From Candidatus Omnitrophota bacterium (GTDB taxonomy: Bacteria > Omnitrophota > Gorgyraeia > Gygaellales > Profunditerraquicolaceae): 64,000 bases of DNA. Where the stretch lies: the NCBI GenBank assembly GCA_029571225.1, contig JAKPTF010000035.1, positions 12,575 to 76,574 on the forward strand, read 5' to 3'. The translations under genes and the position numbers were made by a program. Of the stretch, positions 1 through 10,153 are shown one piece after another; positions within the stretch are counted from its first letter, which is position 1; each line of letters opens with the position of its first letter. A model generated the notes under the pieces. The model was not told the origin of the DNA and ran no database searches. It saw nothing but the letters and a program-made list of their open reading frames with translations.

Positions 1-185
1 CTGCTTCAGCGCGGTCAAAGCGCCCGCATTCTCGAAGATCGTATTGGCGCCGATGACCAGCGCACCCTGGGTTTTTTGTTCGGCGCGCACCGCATTCACG
101 ACATTGCCGAAATACGTCGAAACCGCCTGGTACACGGCCTGATCCATCTCAAACAACGGCGCGGGCATATTCGTTGCAACACCGC
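1..185 (-). other. Shared C-terminal domain, copy 1 (N-terminal part only; the rest is off-window)
   Basis: KDGG | VATNMPAPLFEMDQAVYQAVSTYFGNVVNAVRAEQKTQGALVIGANTIFENAGALTALKQ aligns with copies 2 and 3. Confidence 0.7.
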
Positions 186-3100
186 CGTCCTTAAGCACGC
201 GGCCGACCTGCCCAGCGGGCTTTTGGGTCGTATCGACCACAACCGGAGTTTGAACATTTTCGAACACGACGACTTTTCTGGACGACGACGGATCAGCTTT
301 GTTCGCAGTTTCCAGCTTAGCCTCTGCGATGCTCGCGGCGATCCCGCCGAACCTGAGCAGCTCCTCCTCGGTCGCAAGGCGGCGCCATTCGTCCCAGAAG
401 ATATCAACGCCTGCCCACGCGGCGCCGAGTTTGAGCGTGTCGTAGCTGATAAAGCTCAAGCCTGTGCCCAGGTCCTTGAAATATTCCAGATATTTGTCCA
501 GCTCGAGCGTGTTGGCAGGCGTGGCGATATCGACACCGACCTCAAGGCCGTCCTCGCCGGGTATGATCTTCAAGTCTTTGAGGATGTCACGCCAGGCGAT
601 CATGATCGCGCCTGCTTGCGTTCCCTTGACATGGGTGATCTGCAGACCGAAGTTCTTGCGGTCCGCAGGCGGCAATGAATCGCGCACGTTCTTGAACGCC
701 TTCAATGCCATGCGGTTGATCTGCCACATGTCGCCGATTGCCCGCGCAGCTCCGGCAATGCCGTAATCGGGATTCGGGTTGACCTGCTCCTCGAGGAATC
801 CTGCGCGCAGATCGCTGAACTGGACACAGTTGAGGCTATCTGTCTTGTGGATCACCAGCGCGCCGGGATGAGCCGCCAGGGCGCTGCGCATCGCTTCTTC
901 GAACTTTCCGGTGATGAACTGCTCGGCGGTCCGGCCGTTCAGAATCTTCGAGATGCCCGCGTTCAGGTCATCAAAGTACTGCCTGCGCAGGCCGCTGATC
1001 CAATCGTTGCCCAGCGACACCGCGCCTTTTTGCTTCGCGTCATCAAGGACATCAAGCATGAACTTTTTGATCACCGGCTCGCGCAGCGACTCGACTTTGG
1101 TTTCCAGCCTGGCAAGCAGCCATGCCCGCTTTTCGGCGCTGGTTTCCTGCATCACTTTTTCGACTTCATCAACGAGCTTGGCGACATAATCGTCAAACAT
1201 CTTGGCCTGCTCGGTCCAATCCTTCTTTTCGTATGCCAGGATAGCCCGGGGATGATACACCATGGCTGCGTACACGTCATTGGCGTTTTCGGCTACTGCC
1301 GCTTTGACCGGAACCTGCGGTTTCGTTTGCGGCACGGGAAGCCTGCGCAGCGGGGTTTTGATCTTGACGACATCGAGATTCCCTCTGTATATCTTCTTTG
1401 CGCCATAATCGACCGTCACGAACTTGCCTTCCAGAATGCCGCGCGAGGCGTTGATGCCTTTCGCTATTGCCTTGATACGCGTCGGAATGATTGATTTGTT
1501 CTTGTCGAAAACATCCCACCCGGTAAGGTCTGCGTCGGCGTCAACGATGATCGCCGGGACATACTGCAGATGCTGCCAGTCAATGCCTCTGCGTTTTAAT
1601 CCGGCAACGGAATTGTCCCAAGCCTTTTTCCACAGCTCAAGGATTTTCTTCCTGGCGTTCGGGTCCGTGATGCTGGCGTCAACCTGCTCCTTGAATTTCA
1701 TTTCGGGGACATCCAGGTTGGTCCAGACAAACAGGCCGTTATCCAGTTTCCGCATAAGCGGTTTCTGCCCCGGCGTGAGCGTCAGATATTCGAAAGCGCT
1801 TGCTCCGACTGCCGCGGATATCTCTTCCTTGGAAAAGGCGACCGGATTTCTGGTTATCACCGCGATCTTTTCGAAGAAGCGCGAAGTGGACCGGGCATCT
1901 TTCAGGCTTTGCAACTTGAGCGATTCCTTTTTGGCCAGAAGATCAGGGCCCTGCAGGCCTTTCAATGCGTCAGGAATCAGATCTTCGATGCCGTCCACGA
2001 AAACGATTTCGCCCTTGATAATGCCTTTTTTCTGCCGGACTTCACCCTGGCTCAGGTCGAACAGCGGATGTTTTTTTGCGTCATCAGGCAGGGATTTTAT
2101 TTCTTTCGTCGCAGCCATGACGTCGTACCGTGTCATGGACGCAGGCAGCCGGACTTTCATCATGCTGACGCCGAATGAATCCAGAAGCACCATGATCTTG
2201 CCCGCGGTTTCGTAATCGCCGCGGTTGACCAGGGCGGTGATCGCCTCGCCGCACAGACTTGTCGCAACCTCTTCATCTTCTGCGGATGCGACAACCGCTT
2301 CGATCAGCTGGAGCATAACGTCGGCGCCTTCATCGATGAGCGGAAGCCGCTTGGTCCCCTCGTCGTAAAAGTATCCGGCGCGTTTCATCTCGGGTATGGC
2401 CGCGATGGCTGCCGGATCCATGATCTTGAGTTTCATCTTCGGGTCCTCGCGGTCTCCCATGCCGGCAAGATGCGAATAGTCGTTGGTGCCGAACGAAAAG
2501 AACGTATGCTCAACGCCGTATTTCTTATATTTCCTGCCCATATCGGCCATTTTCTTTGCAAGCTGCGGCACATCCATGGCAGCGCTCGGAACCTCGATCA
2601 TGATGCCGATTTCTTTGGGCAATTTTCCTTTTTGCCTGGCCTTATACTCGATGATCGTATCCAGTGTTTCCAGCTCGCGGATCGAGCGTATGAAAACATA
2701 AAACCAGGCCTGGTTTTTGGTATTCTGATGCGCTTCGATGACCGAATCGAACAGAAAATCGAGCACAAGCTGGTTCCCGCCGAACTGTTCGTCAAACGCC
2801 TCGATCTCAAGCGAAGTTCCGCGCAGGCCGACAAGGGGATTGACCCCCGGCCATGAGAATATCTCGGAGCCGGGCATGCCGCGGATCTTATCCTGGGCAA
2901 AATCATACGCGCGGTTCTTGGCAACCTGGTCAGGCGCGATGGTAAATCCCATGAGGTTATAAAAATAGAGAAACTCCTTGCTCACGTACTCTTTGAAGTT
3001 TGCATACCCTTTTTCATTCAGTTTTTTATTAACCTCATCCAGTATCCAGGGATGATTCTGCAGGTCGGTCAGAATGTTGTAATTATAGTTGAACCTGCGC

Positions 3101-6100
3101 TGGAACTTGCCGTAGGCATATGAGAAAAACTCATAGTCGTCCTTGTTTAATCCTTCCACAAAATTAAGATCGGCTTTTTGCTGCGGAAACACCTGCGCCG
3201 CATCTATCTTGTTCAACCTAATATCAGACATCAGGTCAAAAACAGACAGAACGGACAGCATATCGTTTATCTCCGGCAGCCGGCCGTAGGTTTTTACGAA
3301 CGTAGCTGCGGCTGTCGGGTGTTTGCGCATATACTCAAACATTTCCCGGCTCATAGTATCGAGGAACTTTTCCGCGCCTGGCATGGACGTGCGTGCCCGG
3401 TCATTCGCGTATACCCGCTGCGGCATTGCAATTGTGCCGTCTGCGATCTGCTGAAGCAGGAAATGTCCGTAGCCCGCATACACATTGATGCCGATCTCCT
3501 CGCCCTTGAACTCGGCGCGCGTCAGGGCATTGCCTGCAGAGTCGGTCGCGAGCATGATGGGTGAATTCTGCTGGGCTGCGCTCGTGGCCGCGATAATCTG
3601 GCCAATTTTCGGATAGGGCATGTTATCCGGATCTCCAGGAATCAAAGGCGGCTCAACCGTAAACTCTACGTAATTGACCGGTATGCGCTTTTCCGGATCA
3701 GAATCCATTTCGTAGATATTGCCGTTATTTGCGTCAACAGTAAGCGCATCGCCGGTCTTGACAAGCTGACCTCCAAGCATGACCTTCCCGGCGCCCGTTA
3801 CCGCCGGAATACCCTGCTCGCGGCAGAAAATCGCAGCATGACACGTATCCCCGCCACGGATCGTGACGACGGAATTAACGAGGCGCATAATCGGATCGTG
3901 GTTCGGATCCGCTTCCAGAAGGTATAGGATGACAGGAAGCGGGTTATCAGGGCCGATATCGTTCAAGTCAAACCCGATCTCCTGTATGCGCCGGCGTTCC
4001 TCATCGGTGAAATCCCCTGATTTCAACCTGCGGATCTGGTCGGCATGCCAGGCGATATCCTTGTTCGGATCGAACACAAGCACGTATCCGTGCGTGGCGT
4101 TTTCTCCTTTCGTACCGCTGGCAATCGGTTTGGCATCCGAATGATCTTCGATCCATTTTTCATCGGCCTCTGTCCTGGCACGGACGACGTCCGTTTTAAG
4201 GTATTCCGCGGTATACGGCCGCGCCTGGACATTGTACAGCCGCATGGGCATTGCCTTGATGCGCGCCTTATCCTCCTCGCTTTTAACCTCAGCGCGCTCG
4301 CCCCTGGCATCCACCCCCCATATCCGGCCGTCTACGTCTATTTCGTAGATGCGCAGCGCCTTGTCTTCGGGCGCGGTCCGGTCGACTTCGATGGCGAATT
4401 CGATATCGCGTTTGTCACCGTAATATTCGACGATATTCCACCCCATGCGCGCGACATGCGCTGCCATTTCGTCGGCAAACGTAAAGGTGTTCTGATGGAC
4501 CTTGGTCGTCTTGAAATTCGACGTAAAGCTGTTATCGACGAGCGCCCGCATGAGATAGCTCAGATTTTCCATCTCCACGCCGGAAAGGCCGAGTTTATTG
4601 AGCACGGCAATCCGTTCGGGAAGTTCGAATTCCTTGTTCTCCCATGTCTCTTTGATCATGTAGATGAACGTATCGGCTTTCTTCATATCGCCGAGCTGCG
4701 CTGCCAGTTTATGCATACCGCGGGTTGTCTCTTTTTCCGCTTTGGTGACTTCCTCGAAGACGTTACGCACAACGCCCGATAATTCCGCTTCCTGAAAACC
4801 TTTTTCGCCCTTGCGATGAGCAATGAGAAATCGCTCCTTGATAAAATCCATGACCGCCGCTTCTGGTTCTTTGGCTTTGATCATGGCGGCAATGTCATTG
4901 GCAATACGCTGCACCTGAGCCTTTTTCTGTTTTTCGTCAATACCTTCTGCTCTCAAATATCTGGTACCGTATAATTTGGTAGCCAGGATACCGTTAATGC
5001 GCTTGCCAACCTCGTCATAGGCAATCGCTTCTTTGAGCGTGACGGCCAGCGTATTCAATTCTTTTTCGCTCATCTTGCCCGTGAAAGACTCGATCACATC
5101 CTCGACATTGCGCATCTGAATAAGTTTATTGCCCTTGTTCTTTTCGATCACGAACCAGTGTTCGCCGTCATACGTCGCCATGACATACTTGTCAGGGCTG
5201 ACCTTGCCGCCGACCACGTTTTCCCCGTATCCGAACGCGATCTCGAAGCTGGCTACGATCGCCTTGGTGCCGGTGATCAGTCCGGTCTTTTTATCCCTGA
5301 AAAGCAGAGAATCATCGTTCTTGAACCATGCGTTGTATAAGGACTGAGCTACGCCGGCCATTTTCGTTGCGGGATTGACGGTAAACAGGACGCCTGCAAG
5401 ATAACTCTTGACCATCTGCATGATGACGACGTCGATGCCGATCTGTTCAGGATGCGTCACCTCTTCGGATTTCTTTTTCAGCACCTTGAGTGCCTCAGCC
5501 AGCCACTCTTCCCGCTCGTGACTCAAAATTTCTTCCATCGCATTCATAAGATTTACGGACCCGGGATTCGGGCTCGATATTTGCGACATCTGGTCGGCAT
5601 ACGCGGCATATTCGGGCTTGTTGAGCTTCTTGGCATATTCCCGCAGTTTTGCCACAATGTCCCAATACACATCCTGCGAAAGCTTGCCTTGATAGTCGAT
5701 GGCTCCTGAAAACTGCAGGAATGTGGCGTCATCGCGGTAGCTGACTGCGCGGTCGGTAAAAAGGCTTGCGAAATCAGCGCGGGTCTTATCAAGGACCGCT
5801 TTGTCGCCTTTGACGTTCAAAAATGTATCCGATTGCCCTGCCTGCGAACCGGTGGATACCGGCAGCCAGGTCTTGACATGGATATCCTCTTTCGTGCCCG
5901 AGGAGCGCACGGCGACTGCCGCAGGAACGGCCTTGCCTGTGACCTGATACCTGATCATGCTCAACTGGTGGTACATCGAGATGATCTCATCCTTGATATC
6001 CGTCGGGATGGGAGCGTTCTTTATGGTTTCCCTTATCTCAGACGTAACCACATCCCGCTTCTGGTCGTCCATGGTGTCCAGCGTCTGAAGCTCATTGAAT

Positions 6101-7179
6101 ATCTTTTCCCAGACGTTCCTGTTGTTCCTGACAAACTCGAAATATGCCGTCGTTGTGACGTTCTGTCCGCGCGGCACATCAACGATACGGGACATGACCG
6201 ACAGGCTCAATCCCTTGCCGCCTGCAAGCGCAAGGCCTACCTGCTTGGCCTGTCTGCGGCCGACCTCTTTGGCGTCTTCAGAAACCGACACCTGTGTCGA
6301 AACATCAGTCGCGACACCGGTCACTGCGATAGCCCCTGCCCCTGCGCCGGCGGTTTCCGCCCCGCCGGTCGGGCCAAACATCGGCCCCGCACCCATCCCC
6401 ATATGGACCATGTCGCTGCCGACGAGCAGGGCAGCCATTTCCTTTGCCTTTTCCATCCCGACTTTCCTGGCCAGTTCATACACATAATCGCGCAATTCGC
6501 CGAACTCCACGACCATGCGCTCATTGACCGGGACCAGGCTTCTTTTTTCCAGCACCAGATAATCGTGGACGAGAATATCCACGACCGAAATCCCTTCCCG
6601 TTTCATTGCCGCGACATCCTCTTCGATGTTCTCGGCATCGCGCGCGAACACCGATAGCGGCAGATCCGGAATATCGCTGACGATCGCCTTGACCACGTGT
6701 TCCCCGGCAGCGTCCTCTTTCACCAAAGCAAGGGGAATGTCCGTATAGGTCAGGGTGTAAAATTTATCGCCCGGGTTGACCGCGCCGAAATAGTCCGCAA
6801 GATTCGCCTTTGCCCTGGGAGAACGAGCCAGGTCTATCTGCTGTTTTATAAATGTCCCGTAGGCGAGATTATCGATGGTCGCCGAAATCTTATAGTCGCC
6901 CAGAAATGCCTTGAAGGCATCCGCGCCTTTTGCCTCCTGGGAAGCGCCTGACCCGCCGTCCTTTGGAGCGAGAATCTCGGTTTTGGCAACTGACGCGGGC
7001 GCGACGTCAAGCGCCCGGCGTATCTCGGTAAGCCTGCCGCCGTCACGCGCAGGCGCGGGACGCAGGTTCGAATCACCAGCCAGCGCGCGCAGGGGCGCTG
7101 CACTCACGATAAACTGGACGGAAACAATGACGGCGATTATCTTTCTGGTAAACATAGATTTCGTCAACCTCTGGAACAT
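1..7179 (-). CDS. Partial (3' end beyond left window edge) large secreted multidomain protein with a PEP-utilizing enzyme core (PEP synthase / pyruvate phosphate dikinase family) and the start of the shared C-terminal domain
   Basis: My own reverse-complement translation. Start ATG at 7177-7179 is preceded by a GGGAGGAG Shine-Dalgarno and an in-frame upstream stop at 7195-7197. N-terminus MFQRLTKSMFTRKIIAVIVSVQFIVSAAPLRALAG is signal-peptide-like, followed by two DGG junctions (ARDGG, APKDGG). ATP-grasp region: GLALAGGKGLSLSVM ... AVRSSGTKED ... GSQAGQSDTFLNV. Phosphohistidine swivel: TIRGGDTCHAAIFCREQGIPAVTG (about 3780-3850). PEP/pyruvate-binding C-terminal barrel: NPLVGLRGTSL ... FFSFGTNDYSHLAG ... 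MGDREDPKMKLKIMDPAAIA (about 2400-2880). A KDGG junction at about 185-195 is followed by ...QGALVIGANTIFENAGALTALKQ, which matches the C-terminal domain of the next two genes. Absent from the ORF track only because it has no stop codon in the window. Confidence 0.8.
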   Translation of the reverse strand, partial: MFQRLTKSMFTRKIIAVIVSVQFIVSAAPLRALAGDSNLRPAPARDGGRLTEIRRALDVAPASVAKTEILAPKDGGSGASQEAKGADAFKAFLGDYKISATIDNLAYGTFIKQQIDLARSPRAKANLADYFGAVNPGDKFYTLTYTDIPLALVKEDAAGEHVVKAIVSDIPDLPLSVFARDAENIEEDVAAMKREGISVVDILVHDYLVLEKRSLVPVNERMVVEFGELRDYVYELARKVGMEKAKEMAALLVGSDMVHMGMGAGPMFGPTGGAETAGAGAGAIAVTGVATDVSTQVSVSEDAKEVGRRQAKQVGLALAGGKGLSLSVMSRIVDVPRGQNVTTTAYFEFVRNNRNVWEKIFNELQTLDTMDDQKRDVVTSEIRETIKNAPIPTDIKDEIISMYHQLSMIRYQVTGKAVPAAVAVRSSGTKEDIHVKTWLPVSTGSQAGQSDTFLNVKGDKAVLDKTRADFASLFTDRAVSYRDDATFLQFSGAIDYQGKLSQDVYWDIVAKLREYAKKLNKPEYAAYADQMSQISSPNPGSVNLMNAMEEILSHEREEWLAEALKVLKKKSEEVTHPEQIGIDVVIMQMVKSYLAGVLFTVNPATKMAGVAQSLYNAWFKNDDSLLFRDKKTGLITGTKAIVASFEIAFGYGENVVGGKVSPDKYVMATYDGEHWFVIEKNKGNKLIQMRNVEDVIESFTGKMSEKELNTLAVTLKEAIAYDEVGKRINGILATKLYGTRYLRAEGIDEKQKKAQVQRIANDIAAMIKAKEPEAAVMDFIKERFLIAHRKGEKGFQEAELSGVVRNVFEEVTKAEKETTRGMHKLAAQLGDMKKADTFIYMIKETWENKEFELPERIAVLNKLGLSGVEMENLSYLMRALVDNSFTSNFKTTKVHQNTFTFADEMAAHVARMGWNIVEYYGDKRDIEFAIEVDRTAPEDKALRIYEIDVDGRIWGVDARGERAEVKSEEDKARIKAMPMRLYNVQARPYTAEYLKTDVVRARTEADEKWIEDHSDAKPIASGTKGENATHGYVLVFDPNKDIAWHADQIRRLKSGDFTDEERRRIQEIGFDLNDIGPDNPLPVILYLLEADPNHDPIMRLVNSVVTIRGGDTCHAAIFCREQGIPAVTGAGKVMLGGQLVKTGDALTVDANNGNIYEMDSDPEKRIPVNYVEFTVEPPLIPGDPDNMPYPKIGQIIAATSAAQQNSPIMLATDSAGNALTRAEFKGEEIGINVYAGYGHFLLQQIADGTIAMPQRVYANDRARTSMPGAEKFLDTMSREMFEYMRKHPTAAATFVKTYGRLPEINDMLSVLSVFDLMSDIRLNKIDAAQVFPQQKADLNFVEGLNKDDYEFFSYAYGKFQRRFNYNYNILTDLQNHPWILDEVNKKLNEKGYANFKEYVSKEFLYFYNLMGFTIAPDQVAKNRAYDFAQDKIRGMPGSEIFSWPGVNPLVGLRGTSLEIEAFDEQFGGNQLVLDFLFDSVIEAHQNTKNQAWFYVFIRSIRELETLDTIIEYKARQKGKLPKEIGIMIEVPSAAMDVPQLAKKMADMGRKYKKYGVEHTFFSFGTNDYSHLAGMGDREDPKMKLKIMDPAAIAAIPEMKRAGYFYDEGTKRLPLIDEGADVMLQLIEAVVASAEDEEVATSLCGEAITALVNRGDYETAGKIMVLLDSFGVSMMKVRLPASMTRYDVMAATKEIKSLPDDAKKHPLFDLSQGEVRQKKGIIKGEIVFVDGIEDLIPDALKGLQGPDLLAKKESLKLQSLKDARSTSRFFEKIAVITRNPVAFSKEEISAAVGASAFEYLTLTPGQKPLMRKLDNGLFVWTNLDVPEMKFKEQVDASITDPNARKKILELWKKAWDNSVAGLKRRGIDWQHLQYVPAIIVDADADLTGWDVFDKNKSIIPTRIKAIAKGINASRGILEGKFVTVDYGAKKIYRGNLDVVKIKTPLRRLPVPQTKPQVPVKAAVAENANDVYAAMVYHPRAILAYEKKDWTEQAKMFDDYVAKLVDEVEKVMQETSAEKRAWLLARLETKVESLREPVIKKFMLDVLDDAKQKGAVSLGNDWISGLRRQYFDDLNAGISKILNGRTAEQFITGKFEEAMRSALAAHPGALVIHKTDSLNCVQFSDLRAGFLEEQVNPNPDYGIAGAARAIGDMWQINRMALKAFKNVRDSLPPADRKNFGLQITHVKGTQAGAIMIAWRDILKDLKIIPGEDGLEVGVDIATPANTLELDKYLEYFKDLGTGLSFISYDTLKLGAAWAGVDIFWDEWRRLATEEELLRFGGIAASIAEAKLETANKADPSSSRKVVVFENVQTPVVVDTTQKPAGQVGRVLKDGGVATNMPAPLFEMDQAVYQAVSTYFGNVVNAVRAEQKTQGALVIGANTIFENAGALTALKQ

Positions 7180-7217
7180 TGTACTCCTCCCATGTTAGGA
7201 CGATTTTAAAATATCGG

Positions 7218-7900
7218 TTATATCTTGTTCAATGTATCTTCGAATATCACCTGGAGTCTGGCTATGTCATCGCTGACCGCAACCAGCGGAATATCCGATA
7301 TCTGAGCTGTTAATTCATTAAGGGACTTGGCATCCGCCTCGCTGATCATGCCCCTGTCCTTAAATGCCTGCACCATTTTGGCGAACTGCGCTCTCGTAGT
7401 GCCGACGTCGAATATAATGGCGATCGCCTTGGCGATTGCCAGCGGGACTGCGTTGATCTGTTTGACCGCCCCTGCCGTCCGCGCGGTCGAAACATGGACC
7501 ATCTGCAGCTCGCGATTATTGTTGAAGAATACGCTTGCATCGGGTACCTTGTACTCATCCTTGATATTATCGAGATCGAGATCCGAGTTGATGAGCACGA
7601 CTTTTCTGGGTGATATTTTGAGCTTCTCCATTGCCATGAGGGTTTCGCCCAGGCCCGTGTAGATTGTCGCTATTTTGTCAACGCCCAGCGCCTTTAACGC
7701 TGCGACGTCATCGTTATTCCTGGCCCATACGGCTATGGTGAGGACATTGGCCGCGTCGCGTGCCTGAGTGAGCGCTGCAATGCTGCCCGCGTTCTCGAAT
7801 ATGGTGTTGGCACCGATGACCAGCGCTCCTTCGATCCCTTCTATTTCGCGAACGCCCTTGATGATACCTTCATACATAAATGACGTTGCGCTGTACACGT
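7218..7900 (-). other. Shared C-terminal domain, copy 2 (roughly 230 aa, ends EDTLNKI)
   Basis: GALVIGANTIFENAGSIAALTQARDAANVL ... LINSDLDLDNIKDEYKVPDASVFF ... INAVPLAIAKAIAIIF ... DIPLVAVSDDIARLQVIFEDTLNKI. No family recognised by eye. Confidence 0.7.
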
Positions 7901-10073
7901 TTCGGTCGGCGTCCTCGATGAACGCGGCAGCTTTACCAACAAGAGAATCGGCCGCATCCCGTACCCGTGCGAGGTCCAGATACGCCTTGACCTTGGAGAA
8001 AAAGTCCGCATACGCGCTTTCGACCTCAGGGGTCATCTGCTCGGCAACGAACAATACCGCTTTGCGCGGATCGAGCGAAGTGTACATCGCCTTGACCGTG
8101 CCGATGGTCTGGGCGAAAAGCAGGTTATCGTCGAATGGCACAGCCGGCTGGGGATTATTCAATGACGTAAAATATGTGGAAAAGAACATGTTCCTGCCGT
8201 CCTGGATGTTCTGCTGGTACGAATGGTTCTTATCCGGCCCTTCACCGAGTTTCGAAGGTATCCGGAGGCCGCGGGTAAATATGTCCCGGCGGGCGTCTTC
8301 AAGAATCCTCGTCATGGCAGGGCTCAGCTTGCCGTATGAAGACAACTCAGCGGCATTGAACTCGGTCTCGCCTGCTTTGGCCTTCTGTTCCAGAATCTGG
8401 GTGATTGCCGCATACACTGCAGCCGCGTTCTGCATATCCGCGCCCATTCTGCGCACCTGCGCGTCCAGAGCATCGGCAGTGATAATCCCTGACATGACAA
8501 GCGGCGCATAATACAGCGTGAATGCGTTTAAGTAATCGGCCGAAAACGGCGCCCATGCTGCCAGAACATCCTGTTTGGTTTGCCCGGAATCCTTCATGGC
8601 TTGAGCAATCGCCTTTGATTCTTTTTTGTATGCTTCGACGCCCGGTTGATTCACAAACCTGATATCCCATAAATAACCGATCGTCGCTACCATGCGCTGC
8701 AATCCGAGCATAACCCCGCCGATATCGGTAATATCCTTGATATTGATCTCCAGGGTCGGATACCCGTTTTCCTGCAGATACTTCCAGAATTCCCTGTTTG
8801 TCTCTGTTGCGCCGAGGTTAATCCTTAGGAAAACGCGGTCATTCTCATCAGCCGGCTTCAAAGACGCTTTCCACTGGTCATTGTCCGTTCCCAGGTCTTC
8901 TCCGTAAAAGACCGTGACGCCTTTTCCATCCTTGCCGAGCGATTCCTCGAATAGTTGTTCGGCCCACATAGGCAGAGCATTCAGTTTTTTCGGCACCAGC
9001 ATGGTCAGCTTGTCTTGTTTCAGATTTCTGGCGCGCACGAAGATCTCTGCCCCCATTTTCAGAAAATCGCCCTCACTGAGGCCCGAATTCATCCGCACGG
9101 CGCTCTTTAATATCGGCTCGATATCATCAGCCCCGGGCGTCAATGACCACGGAAGCATGAATATATTCGTGGTCGGCGCGGTAAACCGTCCCCCCACGTC
9201 CTTGAGATTATATACTTTGCCGGGGTTGACATCGTTCATCTGGATATATGCCCCCTGGCCTTTTTTGACATGGTCCCCATCCCACGGGCTGCCGGGATCG
9301 GTCACGTAAAACAAATGTTTTTCCGGGCCGGACACTGCGTATGCTTCGAATAATTTCCTGAAATATTTCTCGTGCTCAGTGGTTTCCTGGGTGGTCGCTG
9401 TCTTTGACATGAAAACCGCAACGGTTTTTTCCAAACCCGCCTTCATGTCATTACCCTCGGCACGCGCGATCTCATCGAGTATGGCTTTTATCGCGGCAGG
9501 ATCGGTGGTCCTCAGGCTATAGAACGGAGTACCTTCAGAATCGGGATCAAATGTTTGTTTGACCAGCTCCACGCTTAAGCCTGACCCGCCCATTCCACAG
9601 AACACCGCGTATTTAAAGCGGTTTACCAGCATTAAATTTTTAAGCCCTGTCGCCTGCCAGGGGACATATTCGTCAGCGCGCGCCAGATCGTCCAGAATAG
9701 CCTGGGCATTCCTCACGGTCCACCCAAGGCGAGAGGTAACGCCGTCTTCCTCATATCCCCACGCCGCGAAATCGCTGTCCGCCGACTCAAGCCGCTCGTT
9801 CATGCGCTCGGCCTTCAATCGTTGCATAAGCGTTTCGACTTCCCGTTTAACATTCACCGGCTTTCCGCCGTCTTTCAAAAGCGATAAGCGGCTGATGCCG
9901 AGATCCTGGCCAAGACTGTGTAAGCGCGAATTGCTCTGCTTTGCCGAAACCGGCCGGAGGTTATTGCCAGCAGCATAACCAGGAACAGCAATGCTATCGA
10001 CAAAAAAAGCCGCGCTCATGGCTACGGCTATTGCTTTACGAACGCGCCTTAAAGTTTCCGTCGAAGCAGGCAT
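7218..10073 (-). CDS. Secreted glucose-6-phosphate isomerase (PGI/SIS family) domain fused to the shared roughly 230-aa C-terminal domain
   Basis: 951-aa ORF. ATG at 10071-10073 with a GGGGGAG Shine-Dalgarno 5 nt upstream. N-terminal hydrophobic signal-like segment AIAVAMSAAFFVDSIAVPGYAAG, then an LLKDGG junction. PGI motifs FCGMGGSGLSVELV and KDVGGRFTAPTTNIF. C-terminal about 230 aa (ALVIGANTIFENAGSIAAL ... DIPLVAVSDDIARLQVIFEDTLNKI) is paralogous to the C-termini of the two flanking genes. Confidence 0.75.
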   Translation of the reverse strand: MPASTETLRRVRKAIAVAMSAAFFVDSIAVPGYAAGNNLRPVSAKQSNSRLHSLGQDLGISRLSLLKDGGKPVNVKREVETLMQRLKAERMNERLESADSDFAAWGYEEDGVTSRLGWTVRNAQAILDDLARADEYVPWQATGLKNLMLVNRFKYAVFCGMGGSGLSVELVKQTFDPDSEGTPFYSLRTTDPAAIKAILDEIARAEGNDMKAGLEKTVAVFMSKTATTQETTEHEKYFRKLFEAYAVSGPEKHLFYVTDPGSPWDGDHVKKGQGAYIQMNDVNPGKVYNLKDVGGRFTAPTTNIFMLPWSLTPGADDIEPILKSAVRMNSGLSEGDFLKMGAEIFVRARNLKQDKLTMLVPKKLNALPMWAEQLFEESLGKDGKGVTVFYGEDLGTDNDQWKASLKPADENDRVFLRINLGATETNREFWKYLQENGYPTLEINIKDITDIGGVMLGLQRMVATIGYLWDIRFVNQPGVEAYKKESKAIAQAMKDSGQTKQDVLAAWAPFSADYLNAFTLYYAPLVMSGIITADALDAQVRRMGADMQNAAAVYAAITQILEQKAKAGETEFNAAELSSYGKLSPAMTRILEDARRDIFTRGLRIPSKLGEGPDKNHSYQQNIQDGRNMFFSTYFTSLNNPQPAVPFDDNLLFAQTIGTVKAMYTSLDPRKAVLFVAEQMTPEVESAYADFFSKVKAYLDLARVRDAADSLVGKAAAFIEDADRNVYSATSFMYEGIIKGVREIEGIEGALVIGANTIFENAGSIAALTQARDAANVLTIAVWARNNDDVAALKALGVDKIATIYTGLGETLMAMEKLKISPRKVVLINSDLDLDNIKDEYKVPDASVFFNNNRELQMVHVSTARTAGAVKQINAVPLAIAKAIAIIFDVGTTRAQFAKMVQAFKDRGMISEADAKSLNELTAQISDIPLVAVSDDIARLQVIFEDTLNKI

Positions 10074-10120
10074 TATCTCCCCCTTTTTATCGGCTTAGAT
10101 GGCATTACGATATATGCATG

Positions 10121-10153
10121 CCTGCGCGGCAGGCATCATGCCTGCCGCGCAGG
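10121..10153. promoter_or_regulatory. GC-rich 13-bp perfect inverted repeat (stem-loop) in the 89-nt gap between the fusion-enzyme gene and the PGI gene
   Basis: CCTGCGCGGCAGG (10121-10133), loop CATCATG, CCTGCCGCGCAGG (10141-10153). No U-run follows on the coding strand, so it is more likely an mRNA processing or stability element, or a protein-binding site, than an intrinsic terminator. Confidence 0.45.

Noticed and set aside
1-7200. Possibility of an alternative genetic code, because the ORF track shows no long ORF in 1-7200
   Set aside because: Manual reverse-complement translation gives a continuous standard-code ORF from ATG 7179 to the window edge with clear PEP-utilizing-enzyme motifs. 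It is missing from the track only because no stop codon falls inside the window, and the adjacent 47-kb ORF is also read in the standard code.
7218-7900. The shared C-terminal domain being a second triosephosphate-isomerase-like barrel
   Set aside because: Superficial resemblance of ALVIGANTIFENAG to the TPI N-terminus (IAGNWKMNG) does not extend further; no GAQN, GHSERR or YEPVWAIGTG equivalents. It is left as unassigned.
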